63,097 nt of DNA, filler included, from Lenisia limosa (GCA_001655205.1; 15 parts of 15 records of this genome joined end to end with filler, not necessarily neighbours in it); one strand, 5' to 3'. Numbered from the whole stretch's first letter, positions 1 through 11,567 are shown. Numbers and translations: made by a program. The notes: generated from the sequence alone by a model not told the origin.

Positions 1-149
1 CCGATCACTGTGAAGAAACCTAAAAAGCCATGGGGGGGGGGGTGTCAGCTCAGAAGCTAGGTATATACACTTGTTACACGTTACACAGGGGTTAAGCCGA
101 GAATTAAGTATAGTATGTATATATAGATTGGACGACTACTCTAAGGAGG

Positions 150-258
150 GTTTCAAATGGGTTTGTTTTGTTCTCAACCCTCGTGTGTTGTCAGCCAACA
201 GTGTTGATTTTGGTCTTTTTTTGTTCAGTAAATTTTCCAATCTAACCCACCCCCGTAG
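150..258 (+). repeat. Family C intronic repeat forming an entire 109-nt intron
   Basis: Core CTCGTGTGTTGTCAGCCAACAGAGTTGATTTTGGGCTTTTTTGTTTCATAAATTTTCCAATTTTAC(C)n..AG recurs at 5121-5253, 6345-6420, 1610-1730(-), 27907-27950(-), 28072-28165(-), 30700-30800(-), 40750-40924(-), 41039-41120(-), 41537-41670(-), 55420-55465, 59870-59957, 61705-61760(-). Confidence 0.8.
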
Positions 259-3200
259 GTATTGAATCAGTAGAAAACCTGGCCGACTCTATCTCAACTG
301 ATATTATTCGCTCTGTTGAACGCGAAATCTCTGTTTGGATGTGAGGGGCGAATTAAGCGATATATTTCGATAAATCCTCGATATATTTCGCGTGGAAAAT
401 GATAGTTCACACGTGTGAAACTGGTCCAAAAATTGATGGATGATAAGTTATAATAAATACGGGGCAAAAAGACCGTCAAAATATCGATATACCTATATCG
501 AAAATTTATCGAAAAATTCATTCTTTTTGGGACTGTAGGGAAGCCCAATTGATAAGCCACTCATATGATAATTGACCGACAGGTCTCAATGATAATTTGA
601 TACACTCGGGATGAACCCTCGTGTTATCTTCGTTCATCATTTTGACTCGTAACATTCACCAATACATCACCTTGTATGTCTTGTTTCTCTCTATATATGA
701 CTCATCAATCACGCTTTAGGGAGGGTTTTGGCCTATCTCTTTCTTTCGACCAAGTTGTTGTGGACTCAAATATGATGATGTCTATTGATGTTGGCAACAT
801 TGTGGGTAGGGATGAGCTTGATGATGGTTATAAGTACTGATGGTAATGATGATAATGGTGATGATGATGGGTGGTGGTGGTGATGATGATGATAGTGACT
901 CTATACTTGAGCAATATTGTGTAGCGCTGACTTATGCATTTATCAGAAGAAACTAACAAATTATTTATGTTCGCGACTCGAATTATTCGCCATCATAGTA
1001 CGTACACCTTTACAATATTCACTATCACGAGATAACGTACACAATATTCCCAATTACCAGAAAATCGAGTTGCAATCGAGGACTTAGCTGAAATCGAGAA
1101 GTTAGAATCGAGGAGTTAAAATACTATACAAGATCCTCACTATCAGCAGACATCATACGTAATACTCACTATCACTAATAACGAACACAGGGCAATTTCC
1201 GCACCACGCAATTTGCGCGCTACAAGAAGTTTCTTGTTAGCTCCACATTCGTCAGAAGCAATGCTGGCGTGATACGTGGCTACACGCGCGTCGGGAGCGA
1301 TGATGGTGGGGGATTAAGTATTTTGAATTTCCAAATTCTGTGTTTTCTCAAAGTCACCATATTCCGAGATTTCTCAAAGTCATCCAAATTCGAGATTTAT
1401 CGAAATTATCCATATCATATTCTGAGTTTTCTCAAATCCATCCAAATTATTATTCTCTTAATCTTCTATTATAATTGTCTAAAAATTCTCAAAATCATCT
1501 GAATACAGGTACCGAAGTTTGCATGTCAATGAGACAAGACGGAGCTGAAAACAACATGATGATTTACCTTGCTAACCCCCAAAGTGGCTTAGATATAATG
1601 GTTGGGGTAAAATTGGAGAATTTATGAAGCAAACAAAAAGCCCAAAATCAACTCTGTTGGCTGACACACGACGATTGATAGCAAACAAATAAATCCCAAG
1701 CCAGTCGCTTCTAGCACTACATCAACAAAATGATACCCATTGCCAACCCCAGCCATAATCCGTCTTTACTTATACTATGTCAATTATCATCACCATTATC
1801 ATCATCTCATTGTCATCATTATTATCATCATCATCATCACCATTATCATCATCACGTCATCGTAAATTACGTCCCTTTAGTTCCTTCAAAACGCAACCGC
1901 CACTGATTTAGATGTCTTTACACCCCAAGCAGGAACCACTACCGCCAGTTGGTCTGAAGTTCGCGTCCAGGGTGGGTATTGTTGGTATCTTCCCACTATT
2001 AAATCCAAGCCACTTGGGTATTTACAATGTGTTGGTCATCGTCAGTATACATTAGATATGATATAATATATAAGACCGGTTAAATATCGATTACATATCG
2101 ATATATCGAGAAATTCAGTCTTTTTTGTAACCTCATGGGAGCCTTAAATCTAATATACTATAATCCAATATCTCTTATAAACATGATGATGTTGACGGCT
2201 TCGGCCAGATACATCCTTATTTTTTATTTCTCATTACTATATTAATTAATATTATACTATCATTCAGTAGTTCACATAAATGTGATGATGTTGACGGCTT
2301 TGGCCTTACTCCAAATAATATACTTTGTTCAGATGTTGGTGAAGGTTCCACACACGTCAGGGTAGTTGCCAGTCTGCCCCTTTACAACTCCATTGTAAGT
2401 GGATAAGGAATCCCTTGAACTTATATAGCTACATATAATACACAACAAACCTCTAAGATCTCATGACCACCAGCATCAACAGTCATCATCATCGTCCTCC
2501 TCATCATCATTGTTATCATCATCTTTAACATCGTCATCATCGTCATTGTCAGCATCATCCATCATCATCATCATTAACAACATTATCATCATCACAAATT
2601 AGTCTGATGCTATCGGCTTGACATCAGTGCGAGTCCCACTTAACGTGTTTACAAGTGTCCTTTCATCTCTGGATACCCATGGAGGAATGTTCTTGCTTTT
2701 TGAAGAGTGGGAAGATATAGAAACAATCTATCAGCGAATTCACTGTTGTAATTTTTGTTTTATCTGTCCAATATAAAGCCCTATTCATAGTTATTCAATT
2801 TCCTTTCATTTTTTTTCTCTTAATAGTCTGTCTTGAGTGTCTTTGAGCTTGTAAAATCAAAATATGATAGTAATTCGTTACATTAATTGACGTTATCGTG
2901 ATAAAAACTCCCAAATTATCCATTTTTACGAATGACAACTCCAAAATATCCATTTTTGCAAATGACAACTCCAGGAAAACGTTCATGCTTTTGGGCATTA
3001 GCGGTTCCGAGGAGTCTTTTGAAGTGGTCAAGGGCCAATTGAGTGTCGTCGGAGACGGCAGCGTGGTAGGGTGTCCAATATAGAGTTTCTCTTCGGTTCG
3101 GAACAAACCGGCAAATTATCGGTAGCGTGATAGAGGGTCCAGGACTAGACGAAAATACGGGAACCCGGGGATCTAGAGGGTACCCAGGTGTGGCGCGAGC

Positions 3201-6200
3201 GCAATATGTGACTGAATGATTAGCACTCTTACAAATTTTCCTTATATGAGAACCTCGATTTATCAACAAGAAACAATTTTATGAAGGGGTATACTTGGTG
3301 GTAGGGCTTCACTTCGGTTCGAAAAAGAGAGGCAAAATATTGATAGTTTTGGAAGATTTATCGAGAAAATCAGTCTTTTTTCGAACCGAAGTGAAGCCAT
3401 GATGGTGGTATGGGGTCCAACCACCTAATTTTTCTAAAATGAGCACCTCGATTTATCAACGAAAAACAATTTTATGTACTTGGTGGTAAAAAGAACCCCC
3501 CATCGTACCGACACGATATTAATGGTATTGCTATTGACGATATTGATGTTCACGATATTCACGGTATTCACAACATTGATATTCATGGTATTCACGACAT
3601 TTATATTAACGGTATTCACGATATTGAAATTAACGATATTGATATTAACGATATTTACGTTGCTCTAACCATCCGATTAGGCGGTCGCAGAGGAGATGGT
3701 TTTGACCGTTAACGAGACACTCGAGTTTATTAAGGAGACTTACAATGTCGAAGTGGATGTTCCGGTTATTGACGAAGTGGGGGGAAGGGGTTTGATGTGT
3801 TTTGAACTTTCCATTATCCTTTTCCTTTTCTCTAACATTTCAGAAAACGTTTGATGGGGTTTCCTACTATGTCACGCAGAAAACCCTCAATATTACTGCA
3901 ATTATGGTGAGGCAGGTGGCTTGCTTATCACTAGGGCTTCGTGCAATTAATTTTTTGAAATTAATTGACAAAATTTGAAATTCAATTTACATTACAATGT
4001 GTAGCACTTCAAATTTTGCAAATATATTTTCAAGTAATTGCAAAGCCCAACTTATTACTTCAATTATGGTGGTGGAAAGAAAACAAAGATACTATCATCC
4101 TATATCATAGAAGCGTCATTGTGTGGACGGCTTCGTCCAGATTCTAGTTTTAATTGAGAATCACACTCTTGTAATGAAATCTCAATTTTACGTGATCTCA
4201 ATTGTACAAATTATCACAATTTTTTCTAGTTATCGCAATATTAATGAGATTACAATTTTACCTGGTTCTTAGACTACGAGATGGAGGTTGGTGACACTCA
4301 TACCAACGAGCTTCTATTTTGATGACATTGAAAGCGGTATGATTAGGGCTTCCCTATTGTCCCAAAAAAACTGAATTTCTCGATAAATCCTCGATAATAT
4401 CGATATTTTGACGGTCTTTTTCTGACCATAGGGAAGCCCTATGTATGATAGAGACGGTGGTTGAGTTTGTTTTATGTTTGTTGGGTGGTGGTAGAGTTTT
4501 AATTCGTTTCAAAAAAAGACTCAATTTCTCGATAAATCCTCGAAAACAATCGATATTTTACCGGTCTTTTTGGACCGAAGTAAAGCCCAAGATGGGGGTA
4601 GAGTTTCTGGAGTAATTTATCTGAAAATTGTCAAAATGATAGACAAATACTTGTAACATGGAAATGTGTAGACATATACTGACCGCGATAAGTCTTGACA
4701 CGATTGATTTAAGAGTTCAATGCATTCAACAGTTCTTTCTCTGCGAGTATGGTATATTAGTGTTTTGTATGTTGGGGTGAGTTGTAAAGCAAATGATTGG
4801 GTGAATTGATACTATATTATTATCCAATATCTCTTATAAGCGTGANNNNNNNNNNNNNNNNNNNNNNNNNNNNNNNNNNNNNNNNNNNNNNNNNNNNNNN
4901 NNNNNNNNGTCTATGATATGATATTAGATGCATATTTACATTAAAGAGAAACCGAACAAACATTTACACTCATCTTCCAGGTCAAGATGAGGTTCAGATG
5001 GTTGTTATTGGAGTTTGTGTGTTCTGCCTAGCCGTAACCGTCATCGTCGTTATCTTTATCACCCAACCCATTCAACATGCCTTGATTCTCAAAAAACGCC
5101 AGGGAATCGTGTTAAATAAAGTAGGCTTCCTTTAGCTCTCCCATTTGGACTTGTTTTGTTTCATCCCCCTCCTCTTTCACAGTCGTGTGTTGCAAGCCAA
5201 CAGAGTTGATTTTGGGCTTGTTTTTGTGTACCATTTTGACCCACCCCTCTCAGGTGAACACCCAGCGTAAGCAGCTGATTGAGATGAGTGAGGAAGTTGC
5301 TAGGGAGAAAACGGTGGCAGATGCTCTGCTTTGTCAGGTGGGGCGGGGGGCTGGGCTCACTTCGGTTCAAAAAAAGACCGNNNNNNNNNNNNNNNNNNNN
5401 NNNNNNNNNNNNNNNNNNNNNNNNAAATATATCTATTTTTGTCATTTTCGAGCCGAAGTGAAGCCCAAGTTTTTAGTTGGGGAGGGGGAGGGATTAAGCA
5501 GTAATTGGAGAAAATAGGAGTTCAGATTTTGGCAAATACATTGTTAGTTTGGGGGGAGGGGTGTGGTAATTCACGCCTTGCTAATTTAATTTTCGTGTTC
5601 AGTTTGTTATAATACACATTTAATTATTCCTTTAAAGTTGAGTTTATTAGTATACTTAGTCAGTTCTTAATGGTCATAGTGCGCTTCATATTAACTCAAT
5701 TTAATTATGGCTTCACTCAGTTGTCACTTAATTACCTTATATTCAAATTTCAAAAATTAATTTCAAAATGGCTGAGTTTGTATTCTTATTGATGTTGGCA
5801 TTTCACTCATTTCATTTTTGAATACATTATGGCGCATCGACTTGGTTCTCTTATATATTTGGAAATCCCATAAATTTCTTCAAATTGCTAAAACTCCATA
5901 GATTACCCATACTAAATATCAGAATTCCAACGTTTTCACAAAAATTCCGAATCATGCGCGGAGGTGTATTATATTTATTCGTTATATTTCCTACCTCACC
6001 CCAAAGGTATTCCCTCCCGCTGTTATCAAGTCTCTGATTGCCGGTGAAAAAGTGATTGTGTGAGGGTCACAATACTACGTCTCATATTATCAAATCACGC
6101 TATTTACTATCATAGCATTAAGTCACAGTGTTTAACATCATATATTCCATAATAGGGTTCAATCACACAGATACTATATCATCAATAAATGAGATAATGT

Positions 6201-9200
6201 TCTCAGTTCAACTGATACCATTTTCTTACCCCTCAGCCTAAGAGACACGACTCAGTTACCCTCCTATTTACCGACATTGTGGGAAGAGTGTTGGAATTGT
6301 GGAATGTGGTGCTGTGGCCTGGGCTTTGTCGGTTTTCTTGTTTCAACACTCGTGTGTTGTCAGCCAACAGAGTTTTCTTTTCATAGATTTTCCGTTTTAA
6401 CTCTCCCCCCTCGCTGCCCCACGTAAAGTGTTTCATTTTCACCTCTCCCTCTCTCATATATTATCCATTTAAATTGTTTTTGCTTGGTTTGTTTTTGTTT
6501 GTTGGAAGTTTCAGATTATTTAGGGATTAGTATCTTTACGACAATATTCTTTCTCTAAATTTCCGTTACCCCCCCCCCCCTATATAATATTCATTTTAAC
6601 TCCCAAATAGTTCTTACTTTTTAATGCATAACAGGTACGTTTGGGTGATCGNNNNNNNNNNNNNNNNNNNNNNNNNNNNNNNNNNNNNNNNTGGTGGGAT
6701 CTTCAAAGGCTAGCTCGCTTGTTTTTGTTTTTGTGTTTTTGCCATCTGGCTTTTTCAAGTTTTAGCGTTGGTTGCTCATGTTTGTTATTGCTTGTTTTTT
6801 GTTTTTGTTTGTTTGGAGTTTTAGATTATTTGATTCGTGATTAGTACCTTTACGCCAATATTCTTCATCAAAATTTCCTTCGTTTACTCCCCCAATAGGT
6901 CGGATTCACAGCAATGACGCTCAACTCAGAAGCAGACGAGGTCATTACCCTCCTTGATTCGCTGTATACTCGATTTGACGGCCTACTCGATGTCTTTCCG
7001 CTCCTGTATAAAGTGGGGAGGTATATAAGATGCTGAGACTATATACTTGATTTGACTGTCAATGACGCCTTTCCAATGCTGTATAAAGTGGGGAGGTATA
7101 TAAGATGCTGAGACTATATTCTTGATTTGACTGTCAATGACGCCTTTCCAATGTATAAAGTGGGGAGGTATATAAGATGCTGAGACTATATACTTGATTT
7201 GACTGTCAATGACGCCTTTCCAATGCTGTATAAAGTGGGGAGGTATATAAGATGCTGAGACTATATACTTGATTTGACTGTCAATGACGCCTTTCCAATG
7301 CTGTATAAATTGGGGAATAGGGCTTCACTTCGGTTCGAAAAAAGACTGAATTTTTGGAAGTGGATATTTCTGTGATTTATGGAACTGTGTTGCACTGTAC
7401 TATATTTATTTAGGATCTGCGAATCCCTACTTTTCAATTTTCATTGATATTGTTGCAAGAAACAATGCGGATGTTTGTGTTTGTAATATCAAATCATATC
7501 AGTTTTCATTTATATTTCAGCTAGGAACAATGAAGATGTAGTGTTGTAATGCTATATTATATCATTTAGCTATAAAATACAATATTTGTGAATTTAATTT
7601 CATTTGATATTCTATTTGATTTTTAATAACATTTCTTCAATTTTCATGATATTTTTATTTGAACAGAATCAGTTTTATGTGATAATTTTCATAACATTTT
7701 AGCTTGAAACCATTGGAGATGCGTGGATCTGTGTTGGCGGTGCCCCAGAAGAACTAAAAGAAAACGCAGAACAAATCTGTCTTCTTGCTTTAGGTGTAAT
7801 GGATGTGAGGGGGTATAATATTATGTGCATGTCTGGGGTATATATTATATGATACCATATGGTGATAGATGTGTGTGTGTGTGGTATACAGCCCCAGATT
7901 ATTGATGCAATAAAGTTCAAAGTAGTATGCCAAAACACCTTCCTTAATAAAACAATTCTGCGATATTTCTTCGAAATTGCCCCAAGAGCAGTTCAATTAG
8001 CCTCATTTAACATCTTTCTTGAAGTAACGTCTTTCCCAGATTGAATATATTTCTTGCTCTCAAAATATTATTCGAACGTCATCGATTTTTCCCAGCGGTC
8101 AAATGCCTAGAACGTTGGGCTTCTTCGGTCCAAAAAGGAACACTAAAATAGCGATAGTTTTCGAGGATTTATAAAGAAATTCGGTCTTTTTGAGTGAAGC
8201 CCTGCAATAACCTCAATATAACTTCCATCTTAACTAGGGCTTCACTTCGGTTCGAAAAAAGACTGAATTTCTCGATAAATTCTCGAAAACTACCGATATT
8301 TTTCCGATCTTTTTCGAACCGAAGTGAATCCCTAATCTTACCCCATAGATCTCCAAAGAAGTCAAGGACCCGGAGAAAAACCCGATTAGGATCAGAGTTG
8401 GCATTCACTCTGGCAATGTTGTGGCCGGTGTAATGGGTAGGCAAATTTCAGGTATATTTAATGGGAATTATCGAAGGATGTGCAATTGGTAGGCAAATTG
8501 CAGGTCATTTAATGAGAACTCGTGAAAGACATGTAATGGGGTAGTGTAGAATGGGAAGGTAATGGAATTTGGCTTGTGGATGGCTGATTTGGGAAATTGT
8601 TTTTGTTATTCATAAATTAGAACAAGGGTTCCTTATATTGTACAGTATCTCTAATAAACATGACTATGTGGACGGTTTTGGCCAGATACAACTTATGTTG
8701 TTCTCATGCTATGGCGTATTTTTTCTCTGATCTGTACGTCTAATACGATCCAGGTGAAAAGAACCCTAGATGGACACTTCAAGGTGCCGATATGAACATT
8801 GCGGCAAGAATGGAACGTGGGACCACATAATTGTTTATCTATCCTTTCTCTCGCCTCCCCAGAGAATTATGTTTATTCCCCTCTCGTGTAACCCCATAAG
8901 TTACATTTCATGGATAGCTATATGATATGATGTGATATTATTTGGACATCCCTTCTGTCCTAATGCCTGAATTTCACGATAAATCATCGACATGCTGTAC
9001 TTATTTTGCTATTACTCACAAGGGGTAATTATTAAGGCTTCACTGTAGTCCGAAAAAACCGTCAAAACATCGATACTTATCGAGAATTTATTGAGCAATT
9101 CAGTGCTTTTGGGACCGTAGGGAAGCCCTAGTTATTATCATTTTATTTCTGTACGTTTTTGGAAGAAAGTGTGAAATTGGTATTTTGAGACGCTCTTGAT

Positions 9201-9434
9201 TGTGACTGACATTTTAGAAACTTCCCTAGCTGGCAAAATTCAAGCTTCAAGTGAAACAATTAAAAGTGGGGTACCAGGTGTTTTTTTTTTGAGTTCAAGG
9301 GGTTGAAGTCTGGACATAATCCGGTCATTCTTTCTATCTTTTATAGTCCACAGGGTTGGAGCCCACTACCAGCATTCGCTACGAGAAGCGGCCGGACCAA
9401 GTTGACTTGAAGGGTAAAGGCCTCACTGAAACGT
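259..9434 (+). CDS. Multi-exon receptor-type class III adenylate/guanylate cyclase (Cache-like extracellular region, one TM helix, catalytic domain)
   Basis: GT-AG exons in phase: 4981-5120 (TM: VVIGVCVFCLAVTVIVVIFI), 5254-5337 (EKTVADALLCQ), 6007-6057 (VFPPAVIKSL), 6237-6278 (DSVTLLFTDI), 6899-7012 (VGFTAM..FDGLLDVFPLLYK), 7703-7804 (LETIGDAWICVGG), 8349-8436 (IRVGIHSGNVVAGVM), 8754-8816 (GEKNPRWTLQGADMNIAARME), 9218-~9277 (QTSLAGKIQASSET), ~9354-9434 (VDLKGKGLTET). Upstream exons (259-345, ~1510, ~1880, ~2333, ~2603, ~3680, ~3844, ~4273) are open but less certain; Cache call is tentative. Confidence 0.9.
770..895. repeat. Intronic (GAT/GGT)n microsatellite; (CAT/ATC)n tracts also at ~1780-1862 and ~2465-2595
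   Basis: Imperfect trinucleotide runs read directly from the sequence. Confidence 0.85.
3302..3400. mobile_element. Family A ~98-bp hAT-like MITE
   Basis: TIR TAGGGCTTCACTTCGGTTCGAAAAA / TTTTTCGAACCGAAGTGAAGCC; flanks cttggtgg / gatggtgg. Confidence 0.8.
3520..3660. repeat. Degenerate 9-bp tandem repeat (GATATTAAC/GATATTCAC)
   Basis: About 12-15 imperfect units; explains the low-complexity ORFs 3434-3619(-) and 3474-3668(+). Confidence 0.8.
4344..4441. mobile_element. Family A MITE (subfamily with TAGGGCTTCCCTA TIR), 8-bp TSD
   Basis: TAGGGCTTCCCTAT...ATAGGGAAGCCCTA; flanks ggtatgat / tgtatgat (7/8). Confidence 0.88.
5831..5959. mobile_element. Family E ~130-bp MITE-like repeat
   Basis: Imperfect TIR GCGCATCGACTTGG...CCAAGTCGATGCGC; related copies at 11721-11827 and 17838-17975 (reverse orientation). 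Confidence 0.65.
6755..6898 (+). repeat. Family D intronic repeat ending at the 3' splice site
   Basis: GTTTCAGATTATT..GTGATTAGTACCTTTACGCCAATATTCTTCATCAAAATTTCCTTCGTTTAC(C)n..AG; copies at 6480-6580, 12353-12432(-), 27000-27130(-), 41905-42130(-), 55465-55568. Confidence 0.8.
7006..7315 (+). repeat. 75-bp minisatellite (4 units plus a partial) spanning a cyclase exon/intron donor
   Basis: Unit starts at 7006, 7081, 7153, 7228, 7303; one unit is 72 bp. Confidence 0.95.
8235..8334. mobile_element. Family A MITE with 8-bp TSD, just upstream of an acceptor
   Basis: Near-perfect TIRs; flanks atcttaac / atcttacc (7/8). Confidence 0.9.
9033..9130. mobile_element. Family A MITE with 8-bp TSD
   Basis: TAAGGCTTCACTGTAGTCCG...GGACCGTAGGGAAGCCCTA; flanks gtaattat / gttattat (7/8). 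Confidence 0.85.
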
Positions 9435-10224
9435 AGGCAAGTGAGGGATAAAAGGCCGAAGCAGTCCACGCCATCACGCTTATAAGAGATATTGGATTAT
9501 GAATGAATAGGGATATCGTAAACAAATCACATTAAAGTTGGCAAGTGAGGGACAAAAACGAACCCATAAAGAACATAATCTACTCTACCTTAAAGTGGCT
9601 TCACAACCTCCCCCACAGAAGGGTAGCTGTTTTGTTTTTATATAATTGTATATTTTGGTTTTGGTGATGTCAGTTGAATGAAGTAGAATCTAGGAATAAA
9701 ATACAAGGGGATACCAATTTATTATATAAATCATTGGCTCCGTAACTGAACAAACAATTTCAAAATTTTTAGACATACCGAATTGTAATTGGAACGCCAT
9801 TTTAGGCTCTTTCATATCAAATTTTGTTAAATAATTTCTTAAAAAATAATTCCACAATATCTCTTATAAGCGTGATGGTTTGGATGGCTGAGTCAGAAAT
9901 CAGAAGACAATTGGAAAATTGATGTTTTCCATGGACTGCTATGTGGTCCTACATCTTCACACTCGTTGAGTCCATTTTATACTCGTACCTGCTTTTTCGC
10001 TGGACTTTTAGAACAAAAAACCAGGTCTTTCCAAACTAACGTTCCAAACTAACGCTCCAAAGATATTGGATTCTCAGCACCACCAAAAAAATGACTCGAA
10101 ATGCTAGTAACTTCACAGCCGCCTCCAGTCACGCGGTATGTTTTCTTATAGTATATGGTGTGGACGGCTTCGGCTTATTGATTTCTCATTGCTATATATT
10201 ATTGTCGATAATTAGGTACATATG

Positions 10225-10375
10225 ATAATACATAACCATGAGAAACAAAATAACGAAGTATCTGTCCGAAGCCGTCCACACCATCACGCTTGTAAGAGAA
10301 TGATATTAATTCACCCAATCATTTGCCTTACAACTCTGTGTACACAGCTTTCTGCGTGGCTCCCCAGCGAACGCT
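10225..10375 (-). repeat. Family B dispersed repeat (~150-200 bp)
   Basis: Consensus GGCAAATGATTGGGTGAATTAAT..TATAATCCAATATCTCTTATAAGCGTGATGGTGTGGACGGCTTCGGCCAGATACAACCTTATTTTT; copies at ~2160, 4780, 8645, 9452(-), 9855, 10145, 17335(-), 18991(-), 27690(-), 29600(-), 30285(-), 46670(-), 60105. Confidence 0.85.
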
Positions 10376-10959
10376 AAAAATATTGGACAACCACTTTACC
10401 GTCTCACTGTTTACCCCCCCCCCCCATTGGNNNNNNNNNNNNNNNNNNNNNNNNNNNNNNNNNNNNNNNNNNNNNNNNNNNNNNNNNNNNNNNNNNNNNN
10501 NNNNNNNNNNNNNNNNNNNNNNNNNNNNNNNNNNNNNNNNNNNNNNNNNNNNNNNNNNNNNNNNNNNNNNNNNNNNNNNNNNNNNNNNNNNNNNNNNNNN
10601 NNNNNNNNNNNNNNNNNNNNNNNNNNNNNNNNNNNNNNNNNNNNNNNNNNNNNNNNNNNNNNNNNNNNNNNNNNNNTCAACCTCATCTTTTGCCGCTACC
10701 CATAACAGATCTTCGATCTTCCCAATGGTGTGAGGAGAAAATAGTAAATATTTCTGGGTTGTTTTGGGGGGGAGGGGAGGGACAAATCGAAAATCTTCCC
10801 TTTGACACTTTAGCAACCATCAATATCCAATGAACTCTGGACCTCTCTTGGAGATGGTAAGGGGGGTAATGGCGTCGTAGTTTGGGGAAGGTATATTTTT
10901 TGCTATTTGACAGTTGGTAGAAATGTAAATAAAGGTCCTTAAAAGGGGGGGAGGGTGAG

Positions 10960-11047
10960 AAGGGTTCACTTCGGTTTGGGAAAATATCGATAATTTTCAG
11001 GGATTTATCGAGAAATTCAGTCGTTTTTCGAACCGAAGTGAAGCCTT
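10960..11047. mobile_element. Family A MITE
   Basis: AGGGTTCACTTCGGTTTG...TTCGAACCGAAGTGAAGCCTTA. Confidence 0.75.
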
Positions 11048-11567
11048 ACTAATATACGTTGTAGAACCCAACATCTCACAAGTATGTTCCACTGAAATGC
11101 CAAACAATGTCAAAGAGGACCCCTAGGTCCTTTACCGTATTAATTGGTCTGTAATTTAGATTAGGGTTGTCTTTCTTTTCTTTTCTTTTTATTTATATAA
11201 TTGATAAATTTTATATTATTGTCAACAAATTGCGGGTTTAGTGATTCACTTCGGTTCAAAGAAAGACTGATTGTCTTGATAAATCCCTTTGTAAAATATA
11301 ATGATAGAGGTAAACTTGCAGATTTATAAATTGAGGGTCATATGATATAAATTGATAGATTGAGTTAATGAAAGTATAAAAACATGGCAATGAAGGGGGC
11401 GGAAGCGTGTACGATGAAGTTTGTGGTTGTATTTCATTTTCACACACATCTGTCATTCGTGAACCTGTTGGTTCCGCAAGAACTGTAAAAATGGCACAAA
11501 CCAAACTCTTCGTTTGTCATTTATTTTTGTTTTTTTGTCTTACCCATTCCCAGTACCGCAATAACAC

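Noticed and set aside
583-810. Possible cyclase exons with an in-frame TGA at 612-614 (UGA=Trp or Sec?)
   Set aside because: I could not establish exon phase here, and TGA is a clear stop at 19546 and a probable one at 34351 and 23742. More likely a wrong exon model, a sequencing error or a nonsense allele.
7006-7315. Regularly spaced repeats resembling a CRISPR array
   Set aside because: Units are head-to-tail with no unique spacers, in a eukaryotic intron, with no cas genes.
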